Part shown: piece after piece, positions 1 through 7,811 of the stretch | Position numbering within the stretch: the stretch's first letter is position 1 | Layout of the letters: each line of letters begins with the position of its first letter | Virus record (IMG/VR): IMGVR_UViG_3300027754_000045 | Location: 1-64,000 of that record | Strand: one strand, 5' to 3' | Length of the DNA stretch: 64,000 nt | DNA from: a virus | The notes under the pieces: generated by a model | What the model saw: the letters and a program-made list of their open reading frames with translations, nothing else | Told to the model about the DNA's origin: nothing | The model's database searches: none | Position numbers and translations under genes: made by a program

Positions 1-75
1 AACCACGCAGACCCCCCATCCCCATTCCCCCCTATTTGATTTTCATGGATCCCCCTCTGGAAATTTTTTTTTTTT

Positions 76-83
76 TATAAATA
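76..83 (+). promoter_or_regulatory. T4-type late (gp55) promoter TATAAATA
   Basis: Exact TATAAATA, followed by 4 nt and the GTG start at 88. Confidence 0.75.
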
Positions 84-87
84 TATC

Positions 88-660
88 GTGCTATCCTTTA
101 TCCAATACCTCGCAGAAGCTAAAACTGCAATGGAGCGCATAGAGAGTCGTGCCCTGGCAAGAATGCGTAGACAACCTGCTCCAGCCGAGTCTCCTCTGGC
201 TTCTTTGCGCACACAATCACCTACACAATGGGGAACACACCCAGGAACCAAGTATTGGTATCACCCAGACACTCAGAAACTAGTACCTGTTGGAACCGAT
301 AATTATATCGGAATACACGCAGAAACTGTATCAGAGAACCCTGGTATATTTGGTGTTAAAAAGTCTAGCTCTAAAAATCCCATTCACGCCGCCATACAGA
401 ATGGCTGGGTGCGACTAGACTCCAGAGGATCAGGACTAACCCTGCAAGGAACTCAAACGCAATCTCATAAAGTGATAAGGGATCACTATGCAGCCACTGC
501 AGGAAAAATTCCAAAGTATTATGTGGATCATTTCACCAAAGACCAAGCATCACACAGCGGCATGTTGGCAGGTGCCGAACAGATTCAGCACTACGTTGAT
601 CATGCTGGCACTCCTCCCATGGGAGCAGGCTGGCGACACCAAACAGACGAACTGAACTAA
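88..660 (+). CDS. putative internal head protein with capsid-targeting N-terminus
   Basis: N-terminus MLSFIQYLAE resembles the T4 internal-protein leader MKTYQEFIAE; late promoter upstream. Confidence 0.6.
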   Translation: MLSFIQYLAEAKTAMERIESRALARMRRQPAPAESPLASLRTQSPTQWGTHPGTKYWYHPDTQKLVPVGTDNYIGIHAETVSENPGIFGVKKSSSKNPIHAAIQNGWVRLDSRGSGLTLQGTQTQSHKVIRDHYAATAGKIPKYYVDHFTKDQASHSGMLAGAEQIQHYVDHAGTPPMGAGWRHQTDELN

Positions 661-675
661 TTCCGATAATATTTT

Positions 676-683
676 TATAAATA
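676..683 (+). promoter_or_regulatory. T4-type late promoter TATAAATA
   Basis: Exact motif, 4 nt before ATG 688. Confidence 0.75.
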
Positions 684-687
684 CGGT

Positions 688-1152
688 ATGCTATCCTTTC
701 TTCAGTACTTGACAGAAATACTGACTCCTCCCGAACAAGTTCCCCTGACGCACCCCGACACTGATTATTTTGAGAGTGACCACGCCAGCTATTTCAATCA
801 AGACCAAAGAGTAAGAACCAACATGCTTCGTTCAGCAACAGAACCCAGCTCTGCCTGGGTGGATTTCGCTGTGAAGGGCTTGACGAAAAAACCAACCAGA
901 CGCTCCGCACTAGGTGCCGTATCAAATCCAGCCACTATTACTCCTGCTTCCATGCAAGCCATGAACACTGTGCTGGGGCATGTGAAGCATTACCTGGACA
1001 CTAATGCAGCCGCAGGCTCTCCCATTAAAACACTGCAGTACCACACCGACGACGACGAACTTGGCGCAAGAAAACATTCCATCTATCAGAGAATGGCAAA
1101 AAAACTTGGCGTAAACACAGAGCGTGTCAGCACAATAGATCGCATGATTTAA
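688..1152 (+). CDS. putative internal head protein with capsid-targeting N-terminus
   Basis: N-terminus MLSFLQYLTE; late promoter. Confidence 0.6.
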   Translation: MLSFLQYLTEILTPPEQVPLTHPDTDYFESDHASYFNQDQRVRTNMLRSATEPSSAWVDFAVKGLTKKPTRRSALGAVSNPATITPASMQAMNTVLGHVKHYLDTNAAAGSPIKTLQYHTDDDELGARKHSIYQRMAKKLGVNTERVSTIDRMI

Positions 1153-1162
1153 ATAATATTAT

Positions 1163-1170
1163 TATAAATA
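1163..1170 (+). promoter_or_regulatory. T4-type late promoter TATAAATA
   Basis: Exact motif, 7 nt before ATG 1178. Confidence 0.7.
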
Positions 1171-1177
1171 CAGTACA

Positions 1178-2107
1178 ATGAAGCCTTTTATTGAATATCT
1201 ACGAGAAGATGACCTCACACTAGAGTATCACGACACTCTGAATCCCAAAATTTGGGACGGAGACCAGCTAAAACCAGAAGTTCAGGCTAAATTGCTCCAG
1301 ATTGCCAAGAAATGGGCAGTTTTCGCCAAGATTCCAGACTTTGCGGTCACAGACATCATCCTGGTTGGTGGCAATGCGAACTACAACTGGACAAAATTCT
1401 CGGATCTTGACCTGCATGTCGTGGTGAATCGTGAAGATCTCGCTGATTGTCCTGATTTATTAGACGATTATCTGCAAAATAAAAAACAATTATGGGCCCT
1501 AGTGCACGACATCACCGTTTACGGTCACGACGTGGAGCTTTACGCTCAAGACAAGCAGACTGCTTACCCGAAAAAGCAGGGAGTCTACAGCATCAAGGAT
1601 AAAAACTGGATTGTGCAGCCAAAACATGAGGATGTGGACTTTCGTGGACCCGCTTTACTAGCAAAAGTGAAGCAGTACACGGAAAGAATCGACACCCTGA
1701 TCTCTACCAATGCCGAAGACGAGAGTTTTTCCAAATTAAAAGAAAAATTTAAAAATATGCGCTCCTCAGGCTTGAAAAAAATCGGGGAATTCTCTATGGA
1801 GAATTTAATTTTTAAAGAATTACGAAATCGTGGAGTAATTGACCGAATGACCCAGTATTTACAGTCACGACAAGACGAAAAACTGAGTCTGACCGAGAAT
1901 TATCCGTTTCAAATTCAGATTCACAAAAAAGACGGCAACAAATTAGTTGATGTGATGCAGTTAAACAGCGAAACCAAGTATAAAGCAATGTCCGAAGGAC
2001 TTCGCAGCATGCAATCCATTAAAAGAGAGTACCCGAATGTTGGAGAACATCACTTTTCTGTGAGATATCCGCACGACACGGATTGGATTGCTCCATCTTC
2101 AGAATAA
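1178..2107 (+). CDS. Pol-beta-superfamily nucleotidyltransferase, putatively capsid-packaged
   Basis: hGGNANYNW..SDLDLHV signature (G[GS]-x-DhD) plus downstream VELY acidic residue; leader MKPFIEYLRE. Confidence 0.75.
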   Translation: MKPFIEYLREDDLTLEYHDTLNPKIWDGDQLKPEVQAKLLQIAKKWAVFAKIPDFAVTDIILVGGNANYNWTKFSDLDLHVVVNREDLADCPDLLDDYLQNKKQLWALVHDITVYGHDVELYAQDKQTAYPKKQGVYSIKDKNWIVQPKHEDVDFRGPALLAKVKQYTERIDTLISTNAEDESFSKLKEKFKNMRSSGLKKIGEFSMENLIFKELRNRGVIDRMTQYLQSRQDEKLSLTENYPFQIQIHKKDGNKLVDVMQLNSETKYKAMSEGLRSMQSIKREYPNVGEHHFSVRYPHDTDWIAPSSE

Positions 2108-2132
2108 TACTAAATAGAATAAAGGAAATTAT

Positions 2133-3695
2133 ATGAACCCGCTCCACCGATCTTTTATTCAACGTGCTGTTACTAAAAATAAACAATTAAAAGAAGCGGT
2201 TAAGTATGCTGCCACCACTAATCCTAGATTAGTTTCTCCTCGAATAGTGCCAGGTGCACCAAACTACGGAGCCAATAGAAATACTATGGTTGGTCTAGAG
2301 CATAGTTCTGCATTAGACCCAACCCTTATGCCAAGGACTGCCAAGCTTCTTGGAAGTTTAGATATGGCTGGTCCAGAAAAATCACAACCAAAAGATCCAA
2401 AAGAATTAATTGGCATGGTTCAGGGTCGCATGCAAGATAACCTTAACTTTACTTTAAATAGACACAGAGAAGAAAGTCTTAATAAAGAAATACACGAAAG
2501 AAGTCCACAGTGGTATTCTTCTGCTTCTAAAATGAATAAGGGTTTTGCAAAAAATGAAGGAGTCAGAGAAGATACTGCTCACGCTGTAACTGCTGCATTA
2601 TCTCCACAGACTCCATGGCCCACAAATGCATCAATGTCGGAAAGAATAATTCACACATACAAACAAAAAAGACATCTTCCTTTTTCTCCAGAAATGGGTA
2701 GTTTTGTTGATAAAATTACAGCAATGTCTACGGTGGATGGAAAAATGTCAGACCTACAACGACACATGTCAGAAATAAAAGGAAAGGGGTACAACGAACT
2801 TCCAACACTAGAACATAAAGCTGCGTGGATTCGTGCATACGACGAAGCGCACCATAGTCAAGCCTATAGAGAGCCTTTGCCAGACGGAGGATTTTCTAAA
2901 GATTTCATGAAAAATCAAGACGGAAAAAACACAAAAATGCAGTGGGGAAATCCATCAAATATTGCTAAAGCTTTATCTGTATTAGAATCTGAAGATAAAA
3001 TGAAATCAGATAAATCTCATACCGAAGATCATCACCTTGGAGTTATAAGTACTGCAGTTGGCGAAAATCCTAAAGTTCGTAGTTTTTATAATAACATGTC
3101 ACAGCCTGACGCTCCTCCAACAGCTGCTGGAGAAATGCCAGACGTTACTGCAGACATTCACACTAGTGCCGATGCATACGGTAGAGCAGACCTAACTTCC
3201 ATGTTACACACAAATAAAAAAATAAAAAGTGAAAGACCAGAATTTTCTAGAGATTTTGGTAAAATGGTTATGAGTGGTGCTCCTTCAAGTAAACAGTCTG
3301 GAAGTGTTGGACTGTATCCAGTTGTGGCTCAGGCAGTAACCAATGTAGGAAAACAAAGAGATCTGCGTGGAAGTCAAACACAATCTTTGGGTTGGGTTCC
3401 TAGAAAATTAGACAGCGAAGCAGTTCAAGCAAATCCTGCGGCAAGTAAACAAGTTCGTGATATGCATACCGCTATGAGTACTGGAGAATTGTCTCATCCA
3501 CAATTCTTAAAACAATACGGTAAGTTAATTGATACCTTACCAGCAAGAAAGCTTAGTTGGATAGGAACTCCTGCCAATGATATTTCCACTTCGTTTCAGG
3601 ATATCTCAAAAAGTAATAGAGTGATAACAGAACACACCAAGTGGATCACTAACTGGGTGAGTAGTCGATTACGACAAAAATATTTAATTAATTAG
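2133..3695 (+). CDS. HhH-GPD-like DNA glycosylase-fold protein (DUF7178-like)
   Basis: Motifs WY..., AALSPQTPW..N, GENPKVRSFYNNM, DVTADIH, Q.Q..GW; ACTAAATA and AAGGA upstream. Confidence 0.5.
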   Translation: MNPLHRSFIQRAVTKNKQLKEAVKYAATTNPRLVSPRIVPGAPNYGANRNTMVGLEHSSALDPTLMPRTAKLLGSLDMAGPEKSQPKDPKELIGMVQGRMQDNLNFTLNRHREESLNKEIHERSPQWYSSASKMNKGFAKNEGVREDTAHAVTAALSPQTPWPTNASMSERIIHTYKQKRHLPFSPEMGSFVDKITAMSTVDGKMSDLQRHMSEIKGKGYNELPTLEHKAAWIRAYDEAHHSQAYREPLPDGGFSKDFMKNQDGKNTKMQWGNPSNIAKALSVLESEDKMKSDKSHTEDHHLGVISTAVGENPKVRSFYNNMSQPDAPPTAAGEMPDVTADIHTSADAYGRADLTSMLHTNKKIKSERPEFSRDFGKMVMSGAPSSKQSGSVGLYPVVAQAVTNVGKQRDLRGSQTQSLGWVPRKLDSEAVQANPAASKQVRDMHTAMSTGELSHPQFLKQYGKLIDTLPARKLSWIGTPANDISTSFQDISKSNRVITEHTKWITNWVSSRLRQKYLIN

Positions 3696-4356
3696 TTTTG
3701 TATGCGGCATCAATTGCTTCGTAGTACTTAGGATCTTCTTGGCGAGACGCACCACGCCAAGACTGAACAAATCTTTCACGATCTTGAGGCGACATTTCCT
3801 TGGTGTCATCAATCTTTAGTTCACGCATCTTTCCACGCATCACACCCGTTGCCATTTGTTGGTATGGTTTATGATATTTTTCATCACTCAGAGTGCCGCA
3901 ACCACCAGGACCACAAGCGTCTCCCACCTTTACATTACCTAACATGCTCTTTCCTTGGGCCACATACTGATTCACGTAATCCTCTTGTCCTTTAAACAGA
4001 TCAGGCTGTGTTCGCATAAAACCAGCAGCAGTTGATTTGGTAATTTGAACTGGACCATAGGCAGTGGATTTTCCTGATCTCTCTTTTGTTCTGATATATT
4101 GTCCTGCATTATAGTCTAAAGCATTTCCAATATCAGTTCCTCTGTGTTCTGCACCAACAAGAGCTTTATATAATTTTGTATTTTGTTCTCCACCAAAATG
4201 AGCATACGGATCCACTACTGGAGCAGCAGCTTGAGTTACGGGTGCGGCTGGTGCCTGTATAGGAGCGGTTTGTGGGCTTCCTGCCATCATGCCAGCAGCT
4301 AAAGCCATCGGAGCCAACAGGGAACCTTCTTGAATATATTCAATAAATGTTTTCAT
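3688..4356 (-). CDS. lysozyme/transglycosylase-like protein with capsid-targeting leader
   Basis: Leader MKTFIEYIQE; candidate catalytic Glu in ALVGAEHRG; STAYGPVQIT resembles the lysozyme-superfamily S-A-x-G-x-x-Q motif. Confidence 0.5.
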   Translation of the reverse strand: MKTFIEYIQEGSLLAPMALAAGMMAGSPQTAPIQAPAAPVTQAAAPVVDPYAHFGGEQNTKLYKALVGAEHRGTDIGNALDYNAGQYIRTKERSGKSTAYGPVQITKSTAAGFMRTQPDLFKGQEDYVNQYVAQGKSMLGNVKVGDACGPGGCGTLSDEKYHKPYQQMATGVMRGKMRELKIDDTKEMSPQDRERFVQSWRGASRQEDPKYYEAIDAAYKTN

Positions 4357-4388
4357 ATAAAGTATATATTTAACATAAATAATGATGT

Positions 4389-4760
4389 ATGAAACGATTC
4401 ACCCAATACCTGACCGAGAATGCTTTGCTGGAATCTCATATTCAAAGCTTTATTGATTTTGCCAGCAATCACCTTGGTCTGAAAGATAAGCCAAAAGTTG
4501 ACTTGGTTCATGAGAGAGACAACACTATGACTACTGCTAGTTACTGCCCAGAGACTAAAATGGTAAAAGTATACGCAAAGGGTCGAGCTAGTTTTGATGT
4601 TTGTCGCAGTATTGCCCACGAACTGGTTCATGCCGACCAGCAAGAAAAAGGCGAATACTTGGACGGTGAAACTGGTTCGGATTGTGAGAATCATGCCAAC
4701 TCCATGGCTGGTCAAATTGTTCGTTTGTACGGTAAACAAAATCCAGACTTCTACGAGTAA
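4389..4760 (+). CDS. zincin-like metallopeptidase with capsid-targeting leader
   Basis: RSIAHELVH (HExxH) plus E-x-x-A-N third-ligand motif; leader MKRFTQYLTE; CATAAATA at 4374-4381. Confidence 0.7.
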   Translation: MKRFTQYLTENALLESHIQSFIDFASNHLGLKDKPKVDLVHERDNTMTTASYCPETKMVKVYAKGRASFDVCRSIAHELVHADQQEKGEYLDGETGSDCENHANSMAGQIVRLYGKQNPDFYE

Positions 4761-4763
4761 CCT

Positions 4764-5333
4764 ATGGCAAAGCCTAAAGGTCCACCAAATCCAAAAACAG
4801 GAAACAAGTTTCCTGCACAATCATCCATAGAAATTACAGAAAAGGCAAAGCCTTCTTCTCTAGATCTTCAACTACAACAACTTAAATTAGATAAAGAATC
4901 TAAAAAACAAAAAATACAAGAAGCCCAAGAAGAATTAAATGGTTCTTCCAAACAAGAAACTCAATTAGAAGGAGGTATTGCTTGGTTGGCAAAACGTCTT
5001 GCTCGTGACAGAGTAATTAATGATAAAAAGAGAGAAGAAGAAAAACAAAAAAAACCCAAAACTGTTGTTTTAGGTCCAAAAGTTGGTATTAAAAGATATA
5101 TTTTTGAATTAACTCAAGGCGAATGTACTATAGAATTTTATAAAAAAACATCAAGACCGTCTGGAGAATTTAGAAAAATGCGGTGCACTCTAAAAGATAA
5201 AAATGTGATACCACAAAATCCATTAAAACCAGGAATAGTTACTGTTTGGGATCTAGACAAATCTAATTGGAGAAGTTTTTATCATAACAGAATATCAAAA
5301 TTAATAAGAAACGAACAAACGGATTCAGAATAA
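4764..5333 (+). CDS. protein with C-terminal WYL_2/Sm-like SH3 barrel
   Basis: F.K..GEFRKMRCTL and VWDLDKSNWRSF motifs typical of this T4-like phage family; basic N-terminal extension. Confidence 0.6.
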   Translation: MAKPKGPPNPKTGNKFPAQSSIEITEKAKPSSLDLQLQQLKLDKESKKQKIQEAQEELNGSSKQETQLEGGIAWLAKRLARDRVINDKKREEEKQKKPKTVVLGPKVGIKRYIFELTQGECTIEFYKKTSRPSGEFRKMRCTLKDKNVIPQNPLKPGIVTVWDLDKSNWRSFYHNRISKLIRNEQTDSE

Positions 5334-5334
5334 T

Positions 5335-5535
5335 ATGGGAGAATCAAATATGTTTGAAGATAAACCAAAAGATATTTTGTTACGGGCTTCCGAGAATCTT
5401 GCCAAAGCATCCGAAGAGAGTATCGACATATACGAATTATATCTGTTAGACGAAACAGATTGGCGTAAACTAGCCAAAACCATGACTCGGCTTCGTTCTG
5501 CCTTGGCACAATATTATGCTGCTGGTGGCAAATAA
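5335..5535 (+). CDS. hypothetical protein
   Basis: Tightly packed ORF; true start may be ATG 5350 after GGAG. Confidence 0.5.
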   Translation: MGESNMFEDKPKDILLRASENLAKASEESIDIYELYLLDETDWRKLAKTMTRLRSALAQYYAAGGK

Positions 5536-5538
5536 TAC

Positions 5539-5566
5539 TTGACTTGATCTAGATGTGTGATATATT
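5539..5566 (+). promoter_or_regulatory. sigma70-type promoter TTGACT-N16-TATATT
   Basis: Directly upstream of tRNA-Leu. Confidence 0.55.
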
Positions 5567-5574
5567 AGTATTAC

Positions 5575-5647
5575 GAGACGGTAGACCAACGGCAGAGTCA
5601 AGACACTTAAAATGTCTGTAGTGTGGGTTCAACTCCCACTCGTCTTA
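5575..5647 (+). tRNA. tRNA-Leu(UAA), short variable loop
   Basis: Acceptor GAGACGG/TCGTCTT, anticodon arm AGACA-CTTAAAA-TGTCT, T arm GTGGG-TTCAACT-CCCAC; no encoded CCA. Confidence 0.9.
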
Positions 5648-5670
5648 TTAAAAAATATTTTAAAGATTAC

Positions 5671-5698
5671 TTGACTTCTTGATTTTAGGTGGTATAAT
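5671..5698 (+). promoter_or_regulatory. sigma70-type early promoter TTGACT-N16-TATAAT
   Basis: Near-consensus hexamers with extended -10 TG. Confidence 0.75.
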
Positions 5699-5772
5699 TA
5701 CTTATCGTAATGAATTGAAACGGACACAATTCATATTAAACATAGTCCGAATTTTAACAGAAAGGCTACTAT

Positions 5773-6057
5773 ATGATTACTTCTCCTCGTCGTCCTGCAA
5801 CCAAGATGCAAAAGGTTATTTCGTATCTTGCTACAGGTAAGACCCTTACTGCGCCTGAGGCTCGTTCTCGTTTTGGTGTCGCTAATCTTCGTGCAACAAT
5901 CAGCGATATTCGTGAAGTTGTCGAAGCTTTTGGCAACTGGCAAGTTATTCGTGAAACCAGCGCAACTGGCAAGACACGATACACCATGAAGGACATGTAC
6001 AAGGGCAAGCGAAAGATGGGTTTCCGTAAGGACGGAACTCGGTTTTCTCTTCGCTAA
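5773..6057 (+). CDS. small winged helix-turn-helix DNA-binding protein
   Basis: KVISYLATGKTLTAPEARSRFGVANLRATISDIR pattern; AAGG RBS; host-like codons (CGT, AAG). Confidence 0.65.
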   Translation: MITSPRRPATKMQKVISYLATGKTLTAPEARSRFGVANLRATISDIREVVEAFGNWQVIRETSATGKTRYTMKDMYKGKRKMGFRKDGTRFSLR

Positions 6058-6087
6058 AGATACTTTTGAGTGGTTACTTTTTATTAT

Positions 6088-6120
6088 GGGGATGCATTGG
6101 TAAAACAATGCATCCCTTTT
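6088..6120 (+). terminator. intrinsic terminator
   Basis: GGGATGCATTG-gtaaaa-CAATGCATCCC followed by TTTT. Confidence 0.8.
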
Positions 6121-6147
6121 CTGGAATATATAAGATGGAGGTTCATT

Positions 6148-6375
6148 ATGGAAGAACAACTATTTTACGCTAAAGCAAACATCAGTGGTCGTGATGTGGA
6201 TCTTGTGTTGTCAGAGGCACAAATTCTTGAAGGTATGAAAACAGCAATGAATAATACCGAGTTTGTTTGTGACCAAAATCCTGGCAATTGTTGGCCTATT
6301 GAGAAACCGCAAGGATGTTCTTTGTGGAAGAAACTATTTAATCTTTGCGGTTGCAAAGAAGAAAAGAAAGAGTAA
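6148..6375 (+). CDS. hypothetical Cys-containing protein
   Basis: Start moved to ATG 6148 after GGAGG, because the track start at 6070 runs through the terminator. Confidence 0.55.
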   Translation: MEEQLFYAKANISGRDVDLVLSEAQILEGMKTAMNNTEFVCDQNPGNCWPIEKPQGCSLWKKLFNLCGCKEEKKE

Positions 6376-6377
6376 AT

Positions 6378-6692
6378 ATGGAAACTTTGATTTTGCGTGT
6401 TAAGACTGGTGAGGATGTTTTGTGTCGTGCAACAAAGAATGATACTGGGTATTTGATTCAAGATGCTATGGCTCTTGTTCCAACACCAGATGGTCGTTTG
6501 GCGTTTGTTGGTTGGATGCCTTATGTTGATTCCAAGAATGGTATTCAACTTCCGCATGATTTTGTGATGTTGTCGTTGAAGCCAGAGGCTAGCATTGAAA
6601 CTCAATATATGGGTTTTAAGACAGGTCTCGTTTCACCTCCACAAAAGAATGTGGTTGGTCCAGGCGGAATGCAACTCGTTGGGGCTCAATAA
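6378..6692 (+). CDS. conserved T4-like Sm/SH3-fold protein
   Basis: RVKTGEDVL and LAFVGWMPY motifs typical of T4-like phage Sm-like proteins. Confidence 0.6.
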   Translation: METLILRVKTGEDVLCRATKNDTGYLIQDAMALVPTPDGRLAFVGWMPYVDSKNGIQLPHDFVMLSLKPEASIETQYMGFKTGLVSPPQKNVVGPGGMQLVGAQ

Positions 6693-6705
6693 TTTAAAAG
6701 AGTTA

Positions 6706-6780
6706 ACACTCGTAGCTCAGTTGGATAGTAGCAGCATTTTTCTAAAGTGCAGGTCATTGGTTCGAATCCAATCGGGTGTG
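6706..6780 (+). tRNA. tRNA-Arg(UCU)
   Basis: Acceptor ACACTCG/CGGGTGT, anticodon arm GCATT-TTTCTAA-AGTGC, T arm ATTGG-TTCGAAT-CCAAT. Confidence 0.88.
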
Positions 6781-6791
6781 TTAAAAATATC

Positions 6792-6986
6792 ATGGAAATA
6801 ACATTTATAATTTTTGCAACATTACTTATTGTGTTACAGGGTTTACAGATATATTTACAAGGTTATGAGAATGGTTATTTAAGGAGTAACAAAGATGAAA
6901 AACAAAATGCCAGAAAATTACATTCCAGGACACGCTTACAAACAGGGTCACCAAGCAAGAATAAGCGGAAGAGATATGCCAGATAG
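6792..6986 (+). CDS. small membrane protein
   Basis: N-terminal hydrophobic helix (ITFIIFATLLIVLQGL) and basic tail; overlaps the next ORF. Confidence 0.35.
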   Translation: MEITFIIFATLLIVLQGLQIYLQGYENGYLRSNKDEKQNARKLHSRTRLQTGSPSKNKRKRYAR

Positions 6987-7104
6987 TGGTAATGTTGGTG
7001 TGTATTGGGATGAGTATCGTGCTGGATGGTTTGATGCTGATCGTGGTATAATTGAGTCTGCTCGTAAAGACATTACAGAAAATAAACAATTTTTACAGGA
7101 TTAA
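6895..7104 (+). CDS. Rmf/CrpP-fold (ribosome modulation factor-like) protein
   Basis: AYKQGHQARISGR...EYRAGWFDA parallels RMF A..RGYQAG..GR...W..GWREA. Confidence 0.45.
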   Translation: MKNKMPENYIPGHAYKQGHQARISGRDMPDSGNVGVYWDEYRAGWFDADRGIIESARKDITENKQFLQD

Positions 7105-7108
7105 TAAT

Positions 7109-7402
7109 ATGGTAGATAAACATTTTACTGTTGATGCAGTTTCTACAGTTACTCACGAAAGAAAACCAGTAATTCGAGTATATCGAGATCCTCATTGCTC
7201 TGGAGCAATGCTAGCCGCATTCGATAATATGAACACAGAAGAAGCAATTGACGGATATACTTATAGTGAATTAGTGTCTATTCGTAATATTCTAAATGAA
7301 GTTCTGAATCATATCGATGTTCAAGAAAGTATTGCAGAATATAATATAAACTTTCCAAAGTCATTAGAACTAGACGAGTGGGGAACTACTTCTTCAGATT
7401 AA
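7109..7402 (+). CDS. hypothetical protein
   Basis: ATG 7109 after AGGA; packed between neighbours. Confidence 0.55.
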   Translation: MVDKHFTVDAVSTVTHERKPVIRVYRDPHCSGAMLAAFDNMNTEEAIDGYTYSELVSIRNILNEVLNHIDVQESIAEYNINFPKSLELDEWGTTSSD

Positions 7403-7411
7403 CAATTACGA

Positions 7412-7484
7412 GCCCTTATAGCTCAGTTGGTAGAGCATAAAGCTTTTAACTTTGTGGTCACAGGTTCAAGTCCTGTTGAGGGCA
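7412..7484 (+). tRNA. tRNA-Lys(UUU)
   Basis: Acceptor GCCCTTA/TGAGGGC, D arm GCTC/GAGC, anticodon loop CTTTTAA, T loop TTCAAGT. Confidence 0.93.
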
Positions 7485-7503
7485 TTTTGTATGGAGATTT
7501 TGT

Positions 7504-7641
7504 ATGAGCAGTAAACACGATGCAGGTAAAGGTGATACTTATCGTCCTGTTGATAAAAACAAGTTTGCTAAAAACTGGGACATGATCTTTAAGAAAAAGA
7601 AGCGTAAGAAAAAAAGTAATGAGAAACGCAATACCAAATAA
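7504..7641 (+). CDS. small basic phage protein (45 aa, GKGD..RPV..NWD.IF type)
   Basis: Hand translation MSSKHDAGKGDTYRPVDKNKFAKNWDMIFKKKKRKKKSNEKRNTK; GGAG RBS; below the ORF-track cutoff. Confidence 0.65.
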   Translation: MSSKHDAGKGDTYRPVDKNKFAKNWDMIFKKKKRKKKSNEKRNTK

Positions 7642-7652
7642 AGGAGTTGTCA

Positions 7653-7811
7653 ATGTCTGATCTAAGAGATAGACAAGTTCTAACAGCAGTAATGCAAGAA
7701 ATACATAATATTAGTGTTAATCTTATTATATTAAATAAAAAATTAAAAGAATTACAGACACAAGTAAAAGAATTTTATGAACAACCAACCAACACAGAAC
7801 CTTCTGCCTGA
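7653..7811 (+). CDS. small coiled-coil hypothetical protein (52 aa)
   Basis: AAGGAG RBS; MSDLRDRQVLTAVMQEIHNISVNLIILNKKLKELQ... Confidence 0.5.
   Translation: MSDLRDRQVLTAVMQEIHNISVNLIILNKKLKELQTQVKEFYEQPTNTEPSA

Noticed and set aside
4353-4830. ORFs 4353-4820 (-) and 4594-4830 (+)
   Set aside because: Shadow ORFs overlapping the HExxH peptidase gene, with no RBS or motifs
6706-6780. Amber suppressor tRNA (CUA)
   Set aside because: Stem pairing GCATT/AGTGC centres the loop on TCT; the CTA register breaks the stem. Core genes are also intact under code 11
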